Shown piece after piece: positions 42,299-45,086 of a stretch of 45,086 nucleotides of DNA (positions are counted from its first letter, which is position 1; each line of letters begins with the position of its first letter). Under the pieces are notes generated by a model, which was given only the letters and a program-made list of their open reading frames with translations, had not been told where the DNA came from and ran no database searches. Position numbers and translations under genes: made by a program. Source of the DNA: Lentisphaeria bacterium UBA2565 (lineage in GTDB: Bacteria; Verrucomicrobiota; Lentisphaeria; UBA2565); NCBI GenBank assembly GCA_002340265.1, contig DDLT01000280.1, forward strand, positions 1 through 45,086. The letters run 5' to 3'.

Positions 42299-45086
42299 AT
42301 GGTTAAACACAGGAAAGCAAAAAGAATATTTGAATTAGGTTTCAAATTTCGAAGTGTTAAAAATTTATTTTCGATTAGAACGTCAATCGAAAAAAAAGGG
42401 AAAACAAAGAGGCAAATGACGGTTGCAGATAACTGCGTCAGGTTGGCTTTAATGACATTAATGTTTGCGACAACAGCACATGCTGCCGATGTTGAGCTGG
42501 AGTTTGATGCTAGTCGTTCCGGTAATCTTGCCGGCCTAACTTGGTCGGTTGATGGTGGAACTGCTGTACTCGGTAGTGACACAACATGTGGTGCCAGTAG
42601 TTGGACTATGGATTTTTCCGGCTTGGATCTGCTCGGAAATGGAGGGTCATACGACGGTTCGCTTACGATGGATGTGACCAATGTAGGCGTGGCTTACAGT
42701 GCATCTAGTACGCGTTATACATTGGGCAGTGGTGACTCACTGCTTCTTGGAACCCCTTCCTTGACGCTTTCAAATGCAGCGGGGGCATCAAATGTTGTTG
42801 ATGCGAGTCAATTGACTGCCAGCTTCAAGTATTATACTCAATCTATGGAATCATCCATTGGTAGCGGCGAGTCCTGTACTCTTACGGCTCCGGGTGCTCC
42901 GGGTTCTCCCTACACTTTGTCAAATGGGAATCAAGAAGGTGTTTTTGATGTTACAGGCGCAGAAACTCTTACTTATGACAGTGCAGTGGGTTCTGTCCTT
43001 CTTTTTGGTGTTGCCGGAAAGTTTACGATTACCGTTCCAACCCCTGCAACAACTGGTTTGGTTGCTACCGCTAATGCGTCATCAGGCATCGATTTGAATT
43101 GGGATGCGACTGAGAATGCTAATTCTTATGTTGTACTTAGAAATATCGTGAATGATAGTGGTACAGCCTCACATCTTGCATCTGGAGTTACAGGAACTTC
43201 ATATACCGATTCTTCTTATTTGAGTAATGGTCAAGTTTATTACTATTGGGTTAAAGCAGTTTACGACTACGGTACATCTGAACCTGGCTCAGTATCTTTT
43301 GCTACAGCAGTGACTCCTACACCAAGTGGAACTGTCACTGAGGGAAGTGATGAGGCGTGGATGGCTGCATTACCACTTACAAGCTACGGTGCGGGTAATT
43401 CTGCCATGTTGCAATCGGCACTTCTAACTGCCTCCGATGGTAAAGCGACTTTCCGCATTGCCGCGGATGTGATTCCACAATCTGGAAGCCAAATAGTGAC
43501 AGCTCATTATGGTTACTGGGGTATTGATGATATCCACTTCTCTGGAAGTGAGAAGGCACCGTCGGTTGGAAATCTACGTGTAATCGAGTTCAATGCCAAT
43601 GGCGGTGACTTGACAGTTTTTCATATCAGTAATTTGCGTTTCGGTCGATTGCGCTTTGGCGCCAGCAATGCAAGTGACGACAGTGGATTTGTAACCGCTA
43701 ACGGTATCACCCAGCATTGGGTTGACTTTGATCTAAATGAACCTCAGTTTACCGGACATATTCCTGGAGCGGTTGATTTCGATAAGTTTAATTCTGGTAA
43801 TCCGGTTAAGACTTTCTCCATTGGCGCAGAAAACGGTTCGGGGAAGTGGAATGTGGTCGAACTTGAGGCGCGCTATGATGTAACTGTACCGGAAAAAGTG
43901 GCTCCAACTCCAAGTGGTGATGGTTTTGTATTGCAGGTGAAGGGTGGAAAGAAGCGTCCGGCACCTGTTCCATATACAGGCGAAGTGGATTCAGGACTTG
44001 TAGGAAAAGTGCCATGGTTTGCTAAACCGACTAGAGCGCAGCGTATTGCGGCAGGACAGAATGGCTATGCGTTTATCACAACGAAAGATATTGCCAGTCG
44101 TTCTACTAAACTTCAGGATTATATTGCGCATAAACGCAAGCAGGGGTTGATTGTATATGTAATTACCGAAGATGATTATGACCCAGAAGGGTTGAATCCA
44201 GCAGGTTCCAATCGCGGTCTTGCAATTCGTAATTGGATGCATGAAAATTACCAATCAATGAACTTACTTTATGCGATGTTAGTCGGAAATCCACACCCTG
44301 CCGAGGGTGATGTTCCGATGCTTAACGCCCGCGGTTTTCCTTCGGACTGGCCTTATGCGGACTGTTCCGAGCCTAACTCGGTTCTTGTTAATGGAGTTTA
44401 CACCAAAGAAATCATTCAGGCGGGTATTGTATCCGGTTATCCGGACGTCTGGGTAGGACGTACTCATGTCTACGGCGACAACTCCGAGTGGGCATCTGTG
44501 AGGGATTTGGATATTCTACTACAGCGTACGATAGATTTTGAGAACGAAACTGACCTGGACTATCGCCATGATATTCTCTTCGCAAATGTCGGGAATGTAG
44601 GTCCGAAACGTTTCAGTATGATGCGCAATGATCTGGTGTATCCAATGGGGGGACGCCACCGCATTATGATGACCGACTTCGGTGATCGTACACCGACAAC
44701 AGGGAAAACCGGCGGTGAGGCGATGGTCGAAGAGATCAATAGCCATAACTACGGTATCTTTCAGTGGCACGGGCATGGAACAGTAGAAAGCATTGTAGGT
44801 ACTATCAGTACAGAGCAGGTTCGAAGACTGACACCGGAAAAACCAGCTGGATTTGGCTACTCTGGTTCTTGTTCGATTGCCACACCTGAAAAGGATAGGA
44901 ATATTGTCTGGGCATTGGTACGACATGCCACTATCGGCTTTGTTGGTGCAACACGAGTGGTCGGTACTGGAGCCGGTGTTCCAACCCCAGGTACAGGCCA
45001 TGTCTACACTACTCCAATTTATCACGGTTACTGTAACGGGGAAGCGTATTGGCTTGTTGACTCCTATGCCACGCAGTCGCACCTTG
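42299..45086 (+). CDS. Large secreted protein with FN3 and peptidase C25 (gingipain-like) domains; runs off the window end
   Basis: Not in ORF track. Translated by hand: 929 stop-free codons from ATG 42299 (AAGGGG RBS; alternative ATG 42416). Signal ..MTLMFATTAHA|A; FN3 IDLNW..SYVVLR..TSYTD..YYYWVKAV; C25 motifs YIAHKRKQG, IRNWM, YAMLVG, SDWPYAD, PDVWVGR, WHGHG, SGSC, IGFVGATR. Confidence 0.9.
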   Translation, partial: MVKHRKAKRIFELGFKFRSVKNLFSIRTSIEKKGKTKRQMTVADNCVRLALMTLMFATTAHAADVELEFDASRSGNLAGLTWSVDGGTAVLGSDTTCGASSWTMDFSGLDLLGNGGSYDGSLTMDVTNVGVAYSASSTRYTLGSGDSLLLGTPSLTLSNAAGASNVVDASQLTASFKYYTQSMESSIGSGESCTLTAPGAPGSPYTLSNGNQEGVFDVTGAETLTYDSAVGSVLLFGVAGKFTITVPTPATTGLVATANASSGIDLNWDATENANSYVVLRNIVNDSGTASHLASGVTGTSYTDSSYLSNGQVYYYWVKAVYDYGTSEPGSVSFATAVTPTPSGTVTEGSDEAWMAALPLTSYGAGNSAMLQSALLTASDGKATFRIAADVIPQSGSQIVTAHYGYWGIDDIHFSGSEKAPSVGNLRVIEFNANGGDLTVFHISNLRFGRLRFGASNASDDSGFVTANGITQHWVDFDLNEPQFTGHIPGAVDFDKFNSGNPVKTFSIGAENGSGKWNVVELEARYDVTVPEKVAPTPSGDGFVLQVKGGKKRPAPVPYTGEVDSGLVGKVPWFAKPTRAQRIAAGQNGYAFITTKDIASRSTKLQDYIAHKRKQGLIVYVITEDDYDPEGLNPAGSNRGLAIRNWMHENYQSMNLLYAMLVGNPHPAEGDVPMLNARGFPSDWPYADCSEPNSVLVNGVYTKEIIQAGIVSGYPDVWVGRTHVYGDNSEWASVRDLDILLQRTIDFENETDLDYRHDILFANVGNVGPKRFSMMRNDLVYPMGGRHRIMMTDFGDRTPTTGKTGGEAMVEEINSHNYGIFQWHGHGTVESIVGTISTEQVRRLTPEKPAGFGYSGSCSIATPEKDRNIVWALVRHATIGFVGATRVVGTGAGVPTPGTGHVYTTPIYHGYCNGEAYWLVDSYATQSHL

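Noticed and set aside
42256-45082. ORF-track entries in the last 2.8 kb (e.g. 42256..42681 -, 44519..45082 -, 42858..43097 +)
   Set aside because: They are antisense or off-frame shadows of the long plus-strand C25 peptidase ORF.

Overview
An AT-rich bacterial chromosomal segment with no CRISPR array, IS element, integrase or rRNA. A PVC-superphylum origin (possibly Lentisphaerota) is inferred from the Gly-less prepilin-type protein, the TPR C-terminal motif and the GYND-type YbeY. Most genes are housekeeping: a DEDDh exonuclease (partial), rarD, tilS, an MscS channel, nadA, cmoB, rnd, ychJ, tRNA-Gln(CTG), a 7TM-HD/ybeY/CBS-CorC/DUF502/rsmE operon, an iron-containing ADH, glgP, a hexose-6-P mutarotase, Ni-SOD and a family B DNA polymerase. 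Signalling genes include a PAS-GGDEF-(degenerate HD-GYP) protein, a hybrid kinase with a REC-HD-GYP partner, and an ECF sigma/anti-sigma pair. Two real genes are missing from the ORF track because they run off the window edges: the exonuclease (1-501, minus) and a >929-codon secreted FN3 + gingipain-like C25 cysteine peptidase (42299 to end, plus). The best candidates for undescribed biology are: (i) a three-way-junction RNA ending in a U-tract, upstream of an L7Ae-like gene coupled to rarD; (ii) a uridine-kinase-like enzyme fused to a catalytically dead DHDPS-like barrel, co-transcribed with an HD phosphohydrolase and a SpoIIAA-like protein; (iii) an anti-sigma factor with a degenerate vWA domain, next to 30-bp-phased repeats; (iv) a nonsense codon that cuts off the signal peptide of the diguanylate cyclase; (v) a possible remote BshC-like orphan. 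All family calls come from motif recognition by eye; no database searches were run.
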